A stretch of DNA of 64,000 bases from an uncultured Acidobacteriota bacterium (GTDB taxonomy: Bacteria; Acidobacteriota; Thermoanaerobaculia; UBA5066). A model generated the notes under the pieces. It was not told the DNA's origin. It searched no databases and worked only from the letters and a program-made list of their open reading frames with translations. Positions 1 to 9,483 of this stretch are shown here, piece by piece. The position numbers and the translations under genes were made by a program. The stretch covers positions 305,511 to 369,510 of the forward strand of contig CAWIUK010000010.1 of the NCBI GenBank assembly GCA_963839295.1, written 5' to 3'. How positions within the stretch are numbered: the stretch's first letter is position 1; every line of letters begins with the position of its first letter.

Positions 1-1332
1 TTGATCGGCCGGCCGCAGGTGGAGGCGCTCGTCGCGAAGGCGGCTGCCGCCCCGGCCGCGGCCGAGGCGCCCGTTCCGGCGCCCGTCGCCGTCGACGGGG
101 ACGTCACGGCGTACGACCTGAACGGGATGGAGGTCCTCGTCAAGCGCGTCCCGGGCGCGGAGTTCGTCGCCGCGTCGGTCGTCGTGAAGGGCGGGGTCGC
201 GAACTGGACGCTGCCGGAGGCGGGGATCGAGCAGCTCGCGCTCGAGGCCGCCTCGACCGGCGGCACGGAGCGTCTCGACAAGGACGCGTTCGCCCGCCGC
301 CTCGAGACGATGGGGAGCACGATCTCGGTTCTCTCGACGAACGACTTCGGCGTCCTGTCCGTCAAGGCGCTGAAGGGCTCGTACCCGGCCACGTTCGACC
401 TCCTCGCGGACGCCTTCCTCACGCCGGCGCTGCCCGCATCCGAGATCGATCTCGTAAAGCAGCGGATGCTGACGGGCCTGAAGCGCCAGCTCGAGAGCCC
501 CGACGGCCAGCTCGCGCTCCTCGGCGAGAAGGCGCTCTTCTCGGGTCAGCCTTACGAGCGGCGCGCCGGCGGCACGCTCCAGTCGGTCGCCTCTCTGACG
601 CGGGACGCCGCCGCCCGCCACCTCGCGAGGCTGCGCGAAACCGGCCGCCTGCTCGTCGTCGTCGCGGGAGACGTCGACCCGGCGGAGGTGTACCGCAAGG
701 CCCGCGCCGCGTTCGGCGCGCTTCCGCGCGGGACCTTCCACGACCAGCTTCCCGCGCCGCCGACCTTCGCGAAGCCCGCCGTCGTGTCCGAGAAACGTGC
801 GCTCGAGACGAATTACGTCGCGAGCCTCTTCCCGGCCCCTCACGCGGGCGCTCCGGAGTACCCGGCCGCGCGGGTCGCGATGGACCTCCTGAGATACCGC
901 CTCTTCGAGGAGGTGCGCACGAAACGGAACCTCTCGTACGCGCCCGGGGCCTGGCTGAACAACGGCGGCGTCGCGTACGGGCAGCTCTACGTCACGGCCG
1001 TGGACCCGGCGGCGACCCTGAAGGTCATGGCCGGCGAGGTCGAGCGCCTCAAGAGGAGAAAGGTCACGGAGAAGGAGCTGACGGACACGAAGGAGCAGTA
1101 CCTCAGCGGCCTTTACAACGCCACGCAGACGACGGATTCGCAGGTCCTGTTCCTCACGGCATGGCGGGTCTACGCGGGCGACTTCCGCGAGGCGCGAAAG
1201 GTCGCCGAGCGGATCCGCGGGGTGACGCCGGGACAGGTCCAGGCGTTCGCGAAGAAGTACCTCGTCAACATGCAGACGGCGTACGTCGGAGACCCGGCGA
1301 AGCTCCCGGCGGACCGTACCCCGATGCCCTAG
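1..1332 (+). CDS. M16 (insulinase/pitrilysin) family peptidase-like protein, 5' end outside window
   Basis: The ORF is open to the window edge and has high GC3. The sequence resembles M16 non-catalytic/C-terminal lobes. No HxxEH motif is present in the visible part. Confidence 0.55.
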   Translation: MIGRPQVEALVAKAAAAPAAAEAPVPAPVAVDGDVTAYDLNGMEVLVKRVPGAEFVAASVVVKGGVANWTLPEAGIEQLALEAASTGGTERLDKDAFARRLETMGSTISVLSTNDFGVLSVKALKGSYPATFDLLADAFLTPALPASEIDLVKQRMLTGLKRQLESPDGQLALLGEKALFSGQPYERRAGGTLQSVASLTRDAAARHLARLRETGRLLVVVAGDVDPAEVYRKARAAFGALPRGTFHDQLPAPPTFAKPAVVSEKRALETNYVASLFPAPHAGAPEYPAARVAMDLLRYRLFEEVRTKRNLSYAPGAWLNNGGVAYGQLYVTAVDPAATLKVMAGEVERLKRRKVTEKELTDTKEQYLSGLYNATQTTDSQVLFLTAWRVYAGDFREARKVAERIRGVTPGQVQAFAKKYLVNMQTAYVGDPAKLPADRTPMP

Positions 1333-1553
1333 GAGAACTCCGGGAGCGCCCGGAACGCCTCCCACACGTCCTCCCCGAACGCGACGAACGTGACGCGCGC
1401 GGGGAGGGCGTGCACGTCGAGGAAGGCGGTGGTCTCGCGCACGGCGATCGCGCAGGCCTCGGCGACCGGGTAGCCGTAGATCCCGCAGCTGATCGCCGGG
1501 AACGCGACCCTCGCGCAGGCGTGCCGATCGCGCCGGCGCGGGGCCGGTAACAT
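1329..1553 (-). pseudogene. Macro domain (ADP-ribose binding/deacetylase) C-terminal remnant
   Basis: The 74-aa ORF contains VAFPAISCGIYGYP and a C-terminal helix typical of the last ~55 aa of YmdB-type macro domains. The N-terminal ~115 aa with the Gly-rich loop has no room before the divergent gene at 1676. Confidence 0.55.
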
Positions 1554-1675
1554 GGGCCATCGACTCCTCGAGCGTTGACCCGCCTCCGGCGCCCTTCCGA
1601 GCCCGCGAGCTCCTGTTCCCCCTCGGGCTCGCGGCCGTCCTCGGGTTCGTCGCCCTGCGCGCGGGCGCGCGCGCC

Positions 1676-3016
1676 GTGGACGACGCGTACATCACCTTCC
1701 GCTACGCGCGGAACCTGGCCGGGGGCGCAGGGCTCGTCTACAACGCGGGGGAGCGCGTCCTCGGGACGTCGGCGCCGCTCTTCGCGGCCGTCCTCGCCGT
1801 CCTCGGCAAGGTCACGGGCGCTGCGATCCCCGCGGTCGCGTTCGCCCTCGGCGCCGCGAGCCTTCCGGCGTGCACCGTCGTCGGCTACCGCCTCGCGCGG
1901 CGCGTTGCCGGCCCGCTCCTCGCGGCGCTCTTCGTCGCCGCCGCGCTCTCGCCCCACGCCTCGCTCGACGTCTTCGCCTCCGGCATGGAGACGCCGCTCT
2001 ACCTTCTCGGCCTCCTCGTCGCGCTCGAGCTCGCGTGCCGCGGCCGGGACGCGGCGGCTTTCGCGGCGGCCTCGGCCCTTTTCTTCCTGCACCCCGACGC
2101 CGCCGTCCTCGTCCCCGCTCTCGCCCTCGCCATGCGTGCCTCGCGCGGCCGGTGGCCGTGGCGGGCGCTCGCGGTCGGGCTCGCACCGGCCGCGGCCGCC
2201 GCGGCCGCGCTCACGGCGGCGTACGGCTCGCCGCTGCCGCACAGCGTCGTCGCGAAGCGCCTGGCGTACGCGATGCCGCCGGGCCACGCACTCGTCCGTC
2301 TCGAGGAGACGGTCCTCGACACGCTCGTCGCATACGCGACACCGGTGGCCCCCGCCCTGATCGTGCTCGCCGCCGCGGTCGCCCTCGCGCTCGTCCTCGC
2401 GTTCGGCCGCCGTGCCGTCGCGAATCCGCCCGTTCTCGCGTTCGCTCTCTTCGGAGGTGCGTACTTCCTGGCTTTCGCTTTCGCGAACCCGCTCGTCTTC
2501 ACGTGGTACCGGCCGCCGCTCGCCCTCGCGACCGCGTTCGTGACGGTGGCCTGCGCGGCGCGGCTGCCGCGGCCGGCGTGCGCGGCCGCGGCTGTCCTTC
2601 TCGCGACGGCCGCGTGCATCCACGTCGCGACGTTCCGGCCGTACGACCCGTCCGGCCGCGAGGACGTCTACGCCCGCGCGGCCTCTCTCCTCGGCCTCGG
2701 GCCCGAAGACACCGTCGCCGCTCCGGAGATCGGCGCCCTCGGGTGGGCGACGCGCGCGCGCGTCCTCGACACGGTCGGCCTCGTCTCCCCGGCCGCGCTG
2801 CAGTGGCTCGACCGGCCGCTCGACGAGGGCGGGGCGATCCCGCCGCGGCTCCTCCGCGAGACACGCGCGAACGCGCTCGTCGCGCTCGACCGCTTCCTCG
2901 ACCCGACGCTCGCGGCCGACCCCGGCGCGCTCGGGCGCTGGACCGAGGTCGCCCGGCTTCCGGCGCGCGCCTTCGGGGGGCCGGGCGAGGTGCGCGTCTT
3001 CCGGCGCATCCGGTGA
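1676..3016 (+). CDS. Polytopic membrane protein, GT-C-like glycosyltransferase candidate
   Basis: N-terminal DDAYITFRYARNLAGGAGLVYNAGERV motif is followed by ~10 hydrophobic helices. The GTG start is uncertain: an in-frame upstream helix (ELLFPLGLAAVLGFVAL) has no canonical start. Confidence 0.5.
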   Translation: MDDAYITFRYARNLAGGAGLVYNAGERVLGTSAPLFAAVLAVLGKVTGAAIPAVAFALGAASLPACTVVGYRLARRVAGPLLAALFVAAALSPHASLDVFASGMETPLYLLGLLVALELACRGRDAAAFAAASALFFLHPDAAVLVPALALAMRASRGRWPWRALAVGLAPAAAAAAALTAAYGSPLPHSVVAKRLAYAMPPGHALVRLEETVLDTLVAYATPVAPALIVLAAAVALALVLAFGRRAVANPPVLAFALFGGAYFLAFAFANPLVFTWYRPPLALATAFVTVACAARLPRPACAAAAVLLATAACIHVATFRPYDPSGREDVYARAASLLGLGPEDTVAAPEIGALGWATRARVLDTVGLVSPAALQWLDRPLDEGGAIPPRLLRETRANALVALDRFLDPTLAADPGALGRWTEVARLPARAFGGPGEVRVFRRIR

Positions 3017-3017
3017 G

Positions 3018-3815
3018 TCAGGCGGCCGCGATCGCGAAGACGGTGTTCCCGAACGGCGTGAACCCCGCGGCCTCGTAGACCCGGCCCGCGCGAGCGTCGG
3101 CGGCCGAGAGGAACGCGACGGAGACGCCGCGAGAGAACGCCGAGCGGAGCGCCGCGTGCGTGAGCGCCCCCGCGAGGCCGCGCCTGCGGCGGGATTCGAG
3201 CGTGCAGATCCCGACGAGCTCCGTGAGGCCGTCCTGCGGGTCGAGGTACATCGACACGGCCACGGCCTCGCCCTCGATCCGCCCGACGAAGCAGAGGCCG
3301 GCGCCGAGGCCGTCGCGCAGCCACCGGGCGTCCTCGTCCGAGACGGCGGTCGCGCCCCCGAGCCCGAACGCGCGCCGCTGGACGAGGAGGAACCCGCGGA
3401 AGGCGTCGAGCGGCAACGTCGCCGGCAGCGTTTCCACCGAGAGACCCGGGACGGGCGGGACGTCCCGGAGGCCTTCGGGAGTCGCGACCATCAGCTGCGG
3501 GCGGGCCTCGATCTCGAATCCCGAGGTCTCCAGCGCGCCCGCGAGCGCCGGGAAGACCGCGCCCACGAATTCGAAGCGCGGCCTGCGTCCCCGCCGTGCG
3601 AACTCGGCCTTCAGGCGCTCGAGCGGCGCCGCGAGGGACGCGGCGTCGCCCGGGACCTCGTCGGGAATCGCGTAGTTGAGGTACGGGAGCGGGTCGGACG
3701 GGTGGAAAAAGAGCGTGAACGGCGGGACGCGAACCGAGTCGTACTGCTGCCGCGCGACGGCGCGCATGTGGGCCTGGAGTCTCTCGGGCGTCGCGCCGCC
3801 GCGGTCCGCGGACAT
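3018..3815 (-). CDS. GNAT family N-acetyltransferase
   Basis: The C-terminal half carries an acetyl-CoA motif A-like segment, ESRRRRGLAGALTHAAL (R-x-x-G-x-A). Codon bias is consistent with coding. Confidence 0.6.
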   Translation of the reverse strand: MSADRGGATPERLQAHMRAVARQQYDSVRVPPFTLFFHPSDPLPYLNYAIPDEVPGDAASLAAPLERLKAEFARRGRRPRFEFVGAVFPALAGALETSGFEIEARPQLMVATPEGLRDVPPVPGLSVETLPATLPLDAFRGFLLVQRRAFGLGGATAVSDEDARWLRDGLGAGLCFVGRIEGEAVAVSMYLDPQDGLTELVGICTLESRRRRGLAGALTHAALRSAFSRGVSVAFLSAADARAGRVYEAAGFTPFGNTVFAIAAA

Positions 3816-3847
3816 TCCCGCATTGTAGGGACTCTCGTCGCCGGGCC

Positions 3848-5197
3848 GTGCGGCTGGTAAGGTTCGCGCGTCCGCCAGGAGGTCCCGTGCCGAGATCCCG
3901 CATCCCCCGAATCGCCCCGGCCGCCGCCGCGCTCCTCGCGGCGCTCGCGCTGCGCGCCGAGACGCCCGCCCCGAAGGCCGCCGCGCCGAAGAACGTCGTC
4001 CTCGTGAAGACGGGCGCCCTCGTTGACGTTCTCGCGGGCCGCGTCTTCACGGGCCAGGACGTCCTGATCGAGGACGGCATCGTGAAGCAGGTCGGCCCCG
4101 CACTCGCGGCGCCCGCGGGCGCGACGGTCGTCGACCTCTCGAAGAGGACGGTCCTGCCCGGCCTCATCGACGTCCACACGCACGTGACGTCGCAGCCCGA
4201 GGACTACTACGCCGACCGGTTCCGGCGCTCGCCGATCGACGTCGCCGTCACGGCCCACGTCTACGCGCGCCGGACGCTCGAGGCCGGGTTCACGACGCTG
4301 CGCGTGCTGGGCGCCTCCGAGTACATCGACGTCGCGCTCCGCAACGCGATCGACGCCGGCAGGGTCGCCGGGCCGCGCCTGAAGGTCGCGGGCCTCGCGA
4401 TCGGCTCCACGGGCGGACACGCGGACCTCACGGGCTTCTCGCCGTACCTGAGGTTCGAGCGCTTCTCGGGCGTCGCCGACGGCGTCGACGCCGTCCGCAA
4501 GCTGGTCCGCCAGAACGTGAAGTACGGCGCCGACGTCATCAAGATGATCGCCTCGGCGGGAGTCCTCTCCGAGGAGGAGTCCGTCGGCGCTCCGCAGTAC
4601 TCCTTCGAGGAGATGAAGGCGATCTGCGACGAGGCCGCGATGTGGGGCCGCAAGGTCGCCGCGCACGCGCACGGGGCGGAGGCGATCAAGCGCGCCGTGG
4701 CCGCGGGCGTCGCGTCCGTCGAGCACGGCAGCCTCCTCGACGACGAGGGGATCCGCATGATGAAGGAGAGGGGAACGTTTCTCGTCGCGGACGTCTACGA
4801 CGACGACTGGATCCTCGCGGAGTACGCGAGGATGGGCTACCCCGAGAAGATCATCGAGAAGGAGCGGTCCGTCGGCCGGCTCCAGCGCGAGAACTTCGCG
4901 AAGGCCGTGAAGGCCGGCGTGAAGGTCGCGTACGGGACGGACGCAGGCGTCTACCCGCACGGCCTGAACGCGCGTCAGTTCCGGTACATGGTCGCGGGCG
5001 GCCTGACGCCGATGCAGGCGATCCAGAGCGCCACGGTGAATGCGGCCGACCTCCTCGGCTGGGACAAGGTCGGCGCAATCGCGCCCGGCCGCTTCGCAGA
5101 CCTCGTCGCGGTGGACGGCGACCCGTTGAAGGACGTGACGATCCTCGAGAAGGTGCCCTTCGTGATGAAGGGCGGAGAGGTCGTGGTGTCCCGATGA
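3848..5197 (+). CDS. Secreted amidohydrolase family metallo-hydrolase
   Basis: Signal-like N-terminus. LPGLIDVHTHV metal-binding HxH motif and later AHAHG / VEHG motifs typical of the amidohydrolase superfamily. Confidence 0.75.
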   Translation: MRLVRFARPPGGPVPRSRIPRIAPAAAALLAALALRAETPAPKAAAPKNVVLVKTGALVDVLAGRVFTGQDVLIEDGIVKQVGPALAAPAGATVVDLSKRTVLPGLIDVHTHVTSQPEDYYADRFRRSPIDVAVTAHVYARRTLEAGFTTLRVLGASEYIDVALRNAIDAGRVAGPRLKVAGLAIGSTGGHADLTGFSPYLRFERFSGVADGVDAVRKLVRQNVKYGADVIKMIASAGVLSEEESVGAPQYSFEEMKAICDEAAMWGRKVAAHAHGAEAIKRAVAAGVASVEHGSLLDDEGIRMMKERGTFLVADVYDDDWILAEYARMGYPEKIIEKERSVGRLQRENFAKAVKAGVKVAYGTDAGVYPHGLNARQFRYMVAGGLTPMQAIQSATVNAADLLGWDKVGAIAPGRFADLVAVDGDPLKDVTILEKVPFVMKGGEVVVSR

Positions 5198-6852
5198 GCC
5201 GGATCGCTCCGTTCGCGCTCTGCGCCGCCTTCTCCGCGCGCGCGTTCGCGGCCGACCCGGCGCCCGACTCCGGGACCCTCTTCCGCGGCGCGTCCGTGTA
5301 CACGGCGTGGGACGAGACCCCGCGCCTGGCCGCGATCCTCGTGAAGGACGGGAAGGTCGTCTCCGTCGGCAACGAGGCCGAGGCCCGCGCCGCGGCGCCC
5401 TCCGCGAAGGTCGTCGACCTCGCGGGCGCCGTCCTCGTCCCCGGCCTCACGGACGCGCACGGCCACGTGCAGTCCCTCGGCGCGCTGCACCGGATGATCG
5501 ACTGCCGCGGCCTCACGAAAGACGAGATCCTCCTGCGCGTCCGGGCGCTCTCGGCCTCGGCGGCGCCGGGAACGTGGATCAAGGGGCGTGCGTGGGACCA
5601 GAACCGCTGGACGGACCCCGCGTTCCCGACGGCCGCCGACCTCGAGGCCGCCTCGCCGAAGACGCCGGTCGTCCTGAGACGCGTGGACGGCCACGCCATC
5701 TGGGTGAACCGCGCCGCGCTCAGGGCGGCGGGGGTGACGAAGGCCACGCCGGACCCGCCCGGCGGGCGGATCGAGCGCCTGAAGGACGGGTCGCCCGCGG
5801 GCGTCCTCGTTGACAACGCGATGGGCCTCGTGTGGAAGGCAATTCCGGCCTCCGGCCCCGACGAAGTCCGCAAGGACCTCGTCGCGGGCCTCGAGGCCTG
5901 CGCGAAAGCCGGGCTCACGGGCGTGGGCGAGGCCTCGGGCTCGTCGCTCGCGGACCTCGCGATCCTCGAGGGGCTCGCGAAGGACGGAAAGCTCCCGGTG
6001 CGCGTCTACGCGACGGTCGGTCCGAAGGATCTCGCCGCGGCGATCGCGCGCGGCCCGGTCTCGGAGGGCCGTCTCACGATCCGCGCCGTGAAGCTCTACG
6101 CGGACGGCGCGCTCGGCTCGCGCGGCGCGGCCCTCCTCGCCGACTATTCGGACCAGCCCGGCAATCGCGGTCTCGACGTCACGCCGCCCGACGAGATCGC
6201 CCGGGTCGCCGAGAGGGCGTTCCGCGGCGGCTTCCAGGTGTGGACGCACGCGATCGGCGACCGCGCGAACCGCGCGACGCTCGACGCCTATGAGAAGGGG
6301 CTCGAGGCCGCGAGGCCCGCCGACCCGCGTCCGCGCATCGAGCACGCGCAGATTCTCGCGCCCGGCGACGCGGAGCGCTTCGCGAAGCTCGGCGTGATCG
6401 CGTCCGTCGAGCCCACGCACGCGACGTCCGACTGGCCGTGGGCCGAGGCGCGCCTCGGGAAGGAGCGCGTGAAGGGCGCCTACGCGTGGCGAACGCTCCT
6501 GAAGGCCGGCGCGCACCTCGCGGGCGGCAGCGACTTTCCCGTGGAATCCGAGGACCCGAGGCTCGGGATCTTCGCCGCCGTCACGCGGCAGGAGCCGAAC
6601 GGCAAGCCGCCCGGCGGCTGGCGTCCCGAGGAAGGTCTCGGGCGGGCGGAGGCGCTGCGCCTCTTCACGTCCGACAACGCGTACGCGGAGTTCGCCGAGA
6701 AGCGCCGCGGGCGGATCGAGCCCGGCTTCGACGCGGACTTCACGGTCCTCGACCGCGAGATCTTCGCGCCGGGCACGCCCGCCGGCGAAATCCTCAAGGC
6801 GAAGGTCGTGATGACCGTCGTCGGCGGGGAGATCGTCTACCGGGCGAACTGA
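5194..6852 (+). CDS. Amidohydrolase 3 (YtcJ-like) family protein, secreted
   Basis: ATGA overlap with the upstream stop. Signal peptide MSRIAPFALCAAFSARAFA. VPGLTDAHGHV and HAIGDRAN motifs. Confidence 0.75.
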   Translation: MSRIAPFALCAAFSARAFAADPAPDSGTLFRGASVYTAWDETPRLAAILVKDGKVVSVGNEAEARAAAPSAKVVDLAGAVLVPGLTDAHGHVQSLGALHRMIDCRGLTKDEILLRVRALSASAAPGTWIKGRAWDQNRWTDPAFPTAADLEAASPKTPVVLRRVDGHAIWVNRAALRAAGVTKATPDPPGGRIERLKDGSPAGVLVDNAMGLVWKAIPASGPDEVRKDLVAGLEACAKAGLTGVGEASGSSLADLAILEGLAKDGKLPVRVYATVGPKDLAAAIARGPVSEGRLTIRAVKLYADGALGSRGAALLADYSDQPGNRGLDVTPPDEIARVAERAFRGGFQVWTHAIGDRANRATLDAYEKGLEAARPADPRPRIEHAQILAPGDAERFAKLGVIASVEPTHATSDWPWAEARLGKERVKGAYAWRTLLKAGAHLAGGSDFPVESEDPRLGIFAAVTRQEPNGKPPGGWRPEEGLGRAEALRLFTSDNAYAEFAEKRRGRIEPGFDADFTVLDREIFAPGTPAGEILKAKVVMTVVGGEIVYRAN

Positions 6853-6859
6853 CGCTTCG

Positions 6860-7057
6860 TCAGGAAGCGGGTGCCGGCGCGGGCGGCGCGGGCGCCGCGG
6901 GCGCCGGGGCCGGAGGCTTCGGCGGCTCGCCGTTCGGGTACGCCTCCGCCGAGCAGTAGTAGCACTTGATCTTCGGCTGCGCGACGTCGTCGAGCACCCA
7001 GTACCAGAACTTCTTGCCGCACGTGCCGCAGGAAAACAGTTTTCGATCGCCGTTCAT
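6860..7057 (-). CDS. Small zinc-ribbon protein with Pro/Ala-rich tail
   Basis: 65 aa with CGTC-x18-CYYC (two CxxC pairs). Locally lower GC. Confidence 0.45.
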   Translation of the reverse strand: MNGDRKLFSCGTCGKKFWYWVLDDVAQPKIKCYYCSAEAYPNGEPPKPPAPAPAAPAPPAPAPAS

Positions 7058-7067
7058 GCCGTCGATC

Positions 7068-7934
7068 CTACCCGTTCGGAAGGCGCCTGGCGCTCCGCGC
7101 GACGAGGACCACGAGGACGAAGGCGAGCGCGGCCGTGTTCACGAGCGAGCCCTCGGGCCCGAACGCGCCGCCGGAGAGGAGCGGCCGCCCGGCGCCGGCC
7201 AGACCGGTCGCGACGAGCGGCGTCTCGAGAGCCATCCCGCTCACGGGCAGGCCGAGCGCCGAGAGGCCCAGATTCCAGAGGGCGTGGAAGGCCCACGCGC
7301 CCGCGAGGCCGCCGCCCGACCAGAACAGCCAGCCGAGCACGCCGCCCGCGAGGCCGATGTTCAGGAGCGCGAGCGGGGTCACGTGCGGGTTCCCGCCGTG
7401 GAGGACCGCGAAGGCGGCGGCCTGGACGGCGTTCGCGGTGAGGCCGGCGGCGAGCCAGCGGCGGGAGAACCGCGAGAGGCCGGCGACGTCGCTGCGGTCC
7501 GGGAGAGGCCCGAAGAGGAGGCGGGCGAGGCCGAGGGCGAGCGCGCCGAGAAGGACCATGAGCGCCGCGCGGAAGAGGAGCTCCTCGACGAGGGCCTGGA
7601 CTCCGAAGAAGCCGACGGCGGCGGGCACGGCGGCCGGGTTCGCGGCGGGCGGCGCCGGTGCGAACGCCGCCCAGCCCGGGGACCCGCTCCGGAACGCACC
7701 GGCGGCGAGCGGCGGGAGGATCGTCGCGGCGAGGAGGGCGAGCGCGAGGGCCGCGCCCGCCAGGGCGCGGCGCCACGCGGACCGCGCCGGGCCGGGCAGT
7801 GCGCGCCCCGGCCCGCGGAGCAGGCCGAGGCGCAGCGCGAGGAGCCCCGCGAGGCCGAGCGGCAGCGCGAAGAGGAGGTCCCGCGACGCGAGGACGGCGT
7901 CCGGGAGGAGCGGGACCGGCGAAAGCAGCGTCAA
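7068..7934 (-). CDS. CPBP family intramembrane glutamic endopeptidase (CAAX protease-like)
   Basis: Multiple TM helices with the VEELLFRAAL (EExxxR) and FHALWN (HxxxN) signature motifs. Confidence 0.7.
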   Translation of the reverse strand: MTLLSPVPLLPDAVLASRDLLFALPLGLAGLLALRLGLLRGPGRALPGPARSAWRRALAGAALALALLAATILPPLAAGAFRSGSPGWAAFAPAPPAANPAAVPAAVGFFGVQALVEELLFRAALMVLLGALALGLARLLFGPLPDRSDVAGLSRFSRRWLAAGLTANAVQAAAFAVLHGGNPHVTPLALLNIGLAGGVLGWLFWSGGGLAGAWAFHALWNLGLSALGLPVSGMALETPLVATGLAGAGRPLLSGGAFGPEGSLVNTAALAFVLVVLVARSARRLPNG

Positions 7935-7944
7935 ACGGGGCGCG

Positions 7945-8499
7945 CTACTTCGCGGGCTTCGGCATCGACCACGGCGGGACGATCCCGTTCATCCGCGCGT
8001 ATGCGATGGACTGGCCGAGGTGCTCGTGCTCGTGGTTGGCCGTCACGAGGATGAGGCTGCCGATCGTGCCTTTGCGGCCGAAATACGTCACGGGCTTCTC
8101 GAGGTCCGCGTCGGGGATCGAGAGGACGCTGGCGCGCAGGTGAGCGAACGACTTCTTGAGCTCGGCGATGACGGCGGCCTTCTCGGTCACCGTCTTCTCC
8201 ATGGAGGTCTCCGAGGCGGACGAGCCGGCGGGAGGCTTCACCCCCGCGAACGACATGAGCAGGTAGTTGGCGCCGGCGAGGTGCATGTAGACCTCGCTGA
8301 TCGAGCGGACGCCCTCGGCGGGCCTCCAGGAGAATTTCTCCGCGGGGGTCGCCTCGGCGAGGCCGAGGAGCTCCTTCTCGACGCCGTCCTGCTGGGCGAG
8401 GAAATCGGCTCGGAAGCCTTTGGTGGGAGCCTGCGCCGTGGCGGCCGAGGCGGTGAGGACGAAGGCGACGAGGGCGAGAGCGGACGCGAGTTTCTTCAT
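7945..8499 (-). CDS. DinB family protein, secreted
   Basis: Start chosen at MKKLASALALVAFVLTASAATAQA (signal peptide). C-terminal NHEHEHLGQ His motif typical of the DinB/YfiT fold. Confidence 0.65.
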   Translation of the reverse strand: MKKLASALALVAFVLTASAATAQAPTKGFRADFLAQQDGVEKELLGLAEATPAEKFSWRPAEGVRSISEVYMHLAGANYLLMSFAGVKPPAGSSASETSMEKTVTEKAAVIAELKKSFAHLRASVLSIPDADLEKPVTYFGRKGTIGSLILVTANHEHEHLGQSIAYARMNGIVPPWSMPKPAK

Positions 8500-8606
8500 G
8501 GCAGGGTCTCCTTTGAGACGGCATCTTATCCATCCGCGTAGAATTCGCGGACCCGGGTGCGATTCGCCCGGGAAAGCCCCGAAGAAGAACAGTGGAGGAC
8601 ACACCG

Positions 8607-9452
8607 ATGTCGATGATCCGGTTTCCCGCCGCGGCCCTCGCCCTGGCGGCCGCTCCGGCGTTCGCACAGCTCACGACGCCGCTTCCCAGTCCGAACGCGG
8701 CCGTCGCCCAGACGATCGGCATCACGAAAGCAGAGGTCGTCTACAGTCGCCCGTCCGTGAAGGGCCGCGTGATCTGGGGCGAGCTCGTCCCGTACGACAA
8801 GGTCTGGCGCACGGGCGCCAACTCGGTCACGAAGATCTCGTTCGACACGGACGTCACGGTCGAGGGCCAGAAGCTTCCCGCCGGCGCGTACGGCCTCTTC
8901 ACGATCCCCGGCAGAGCCGAGTGGATCGTGATCTTCAACAGGCAGTCCACGGGGTCGCCCTTCGACTACGCCGCCGACAAGGACGCCCTGCGCGTCAAGG
9001 TGAAGCCGGCCGCCCTCTCCGAGCCCAAGGAGCTCTTCACGATCTCCTTCCCGGCCGTCTCGGCGAACGGCGCGACGCTGCAGCTCGCGTGGGAGAAGCT
9101 GAAGCTCTCGCTCGCGGTCGCCGTCGACACGAACGGCGCGTTCCTCGCGAAGGCGAAGGATGCGGTCGCCGCGGCGAAGCCGGACGACTGGCGCACGCCC
9201 GCGACGGCGGCGCGCTACCTGTACGACAACAAGTTCGCGCTCGACGACGCCGCGAAGTTCCTCGACAAGTCCCTCGCGACGAAGGAGACGTTCGGCAACC
9301 TCTCGCTGAAGGCGAACGTCCTCGCCGCCGCGGGCGACAAGAAGGGCGCGCGCGCGTGGGCCGACAGGGCCCTCGCCGCCGCGAAGACCGACCCGAAGCC
9401 GTCGGCCGAGGCCGTCGGGGAGTTCGAGAAGTCGGTCGCCGGCTGGAAGTAG
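8607..9452 (+). CDS. DUF2911 family secreted protein
   Basis: GGAGG lies 8 nt upstream of the ATG at 8607, followed by a signal peptide. VVYSRPSVKGRVIWGELVPYDKVWRTGAN motif characteristic of DUF2911. Confidence 0.65.
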   Translation: MSMIRFPAAALALAAAPAFAQLTTPLPSPNAAVAQTIGITKAEVVYSRPSVKGRVIWGELVPYDKVWRTGANSVTKISFDTDVTVEGQKLPAGAYGLFTIPGRAEWIVIFNRQSTGSPFDYAADKDALRVKVKPAALSEPKELFTISFPAVSANGATLQLAWEKLKLSLAVAVDTNGAFLAKAKDAVAAAKPDDWRTPATAARYLYDNKFALDDAAKFLDKSLATKETFGNLSLKANVLAAAGDKKGARAWADRALAAAKTDPKPSAEAVGEFEKSVAGWK

Positions 9453-9460
9453 GGGGGCCC

Positions 9461-9481
9461 GGGGGGCGCGGGGCGCCCCCC
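9461..9481. terminator. GC hairpin between convergent genes (bidirectional terminator candidate)
   Basis: GGGGGGCGC-GGG-GCGCCCCCC is a perfect 9-bp stem between the stops at 9452 (+) and 9484 (-). Confidence 0.45.
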
Positions 9482-9483
9482 GC

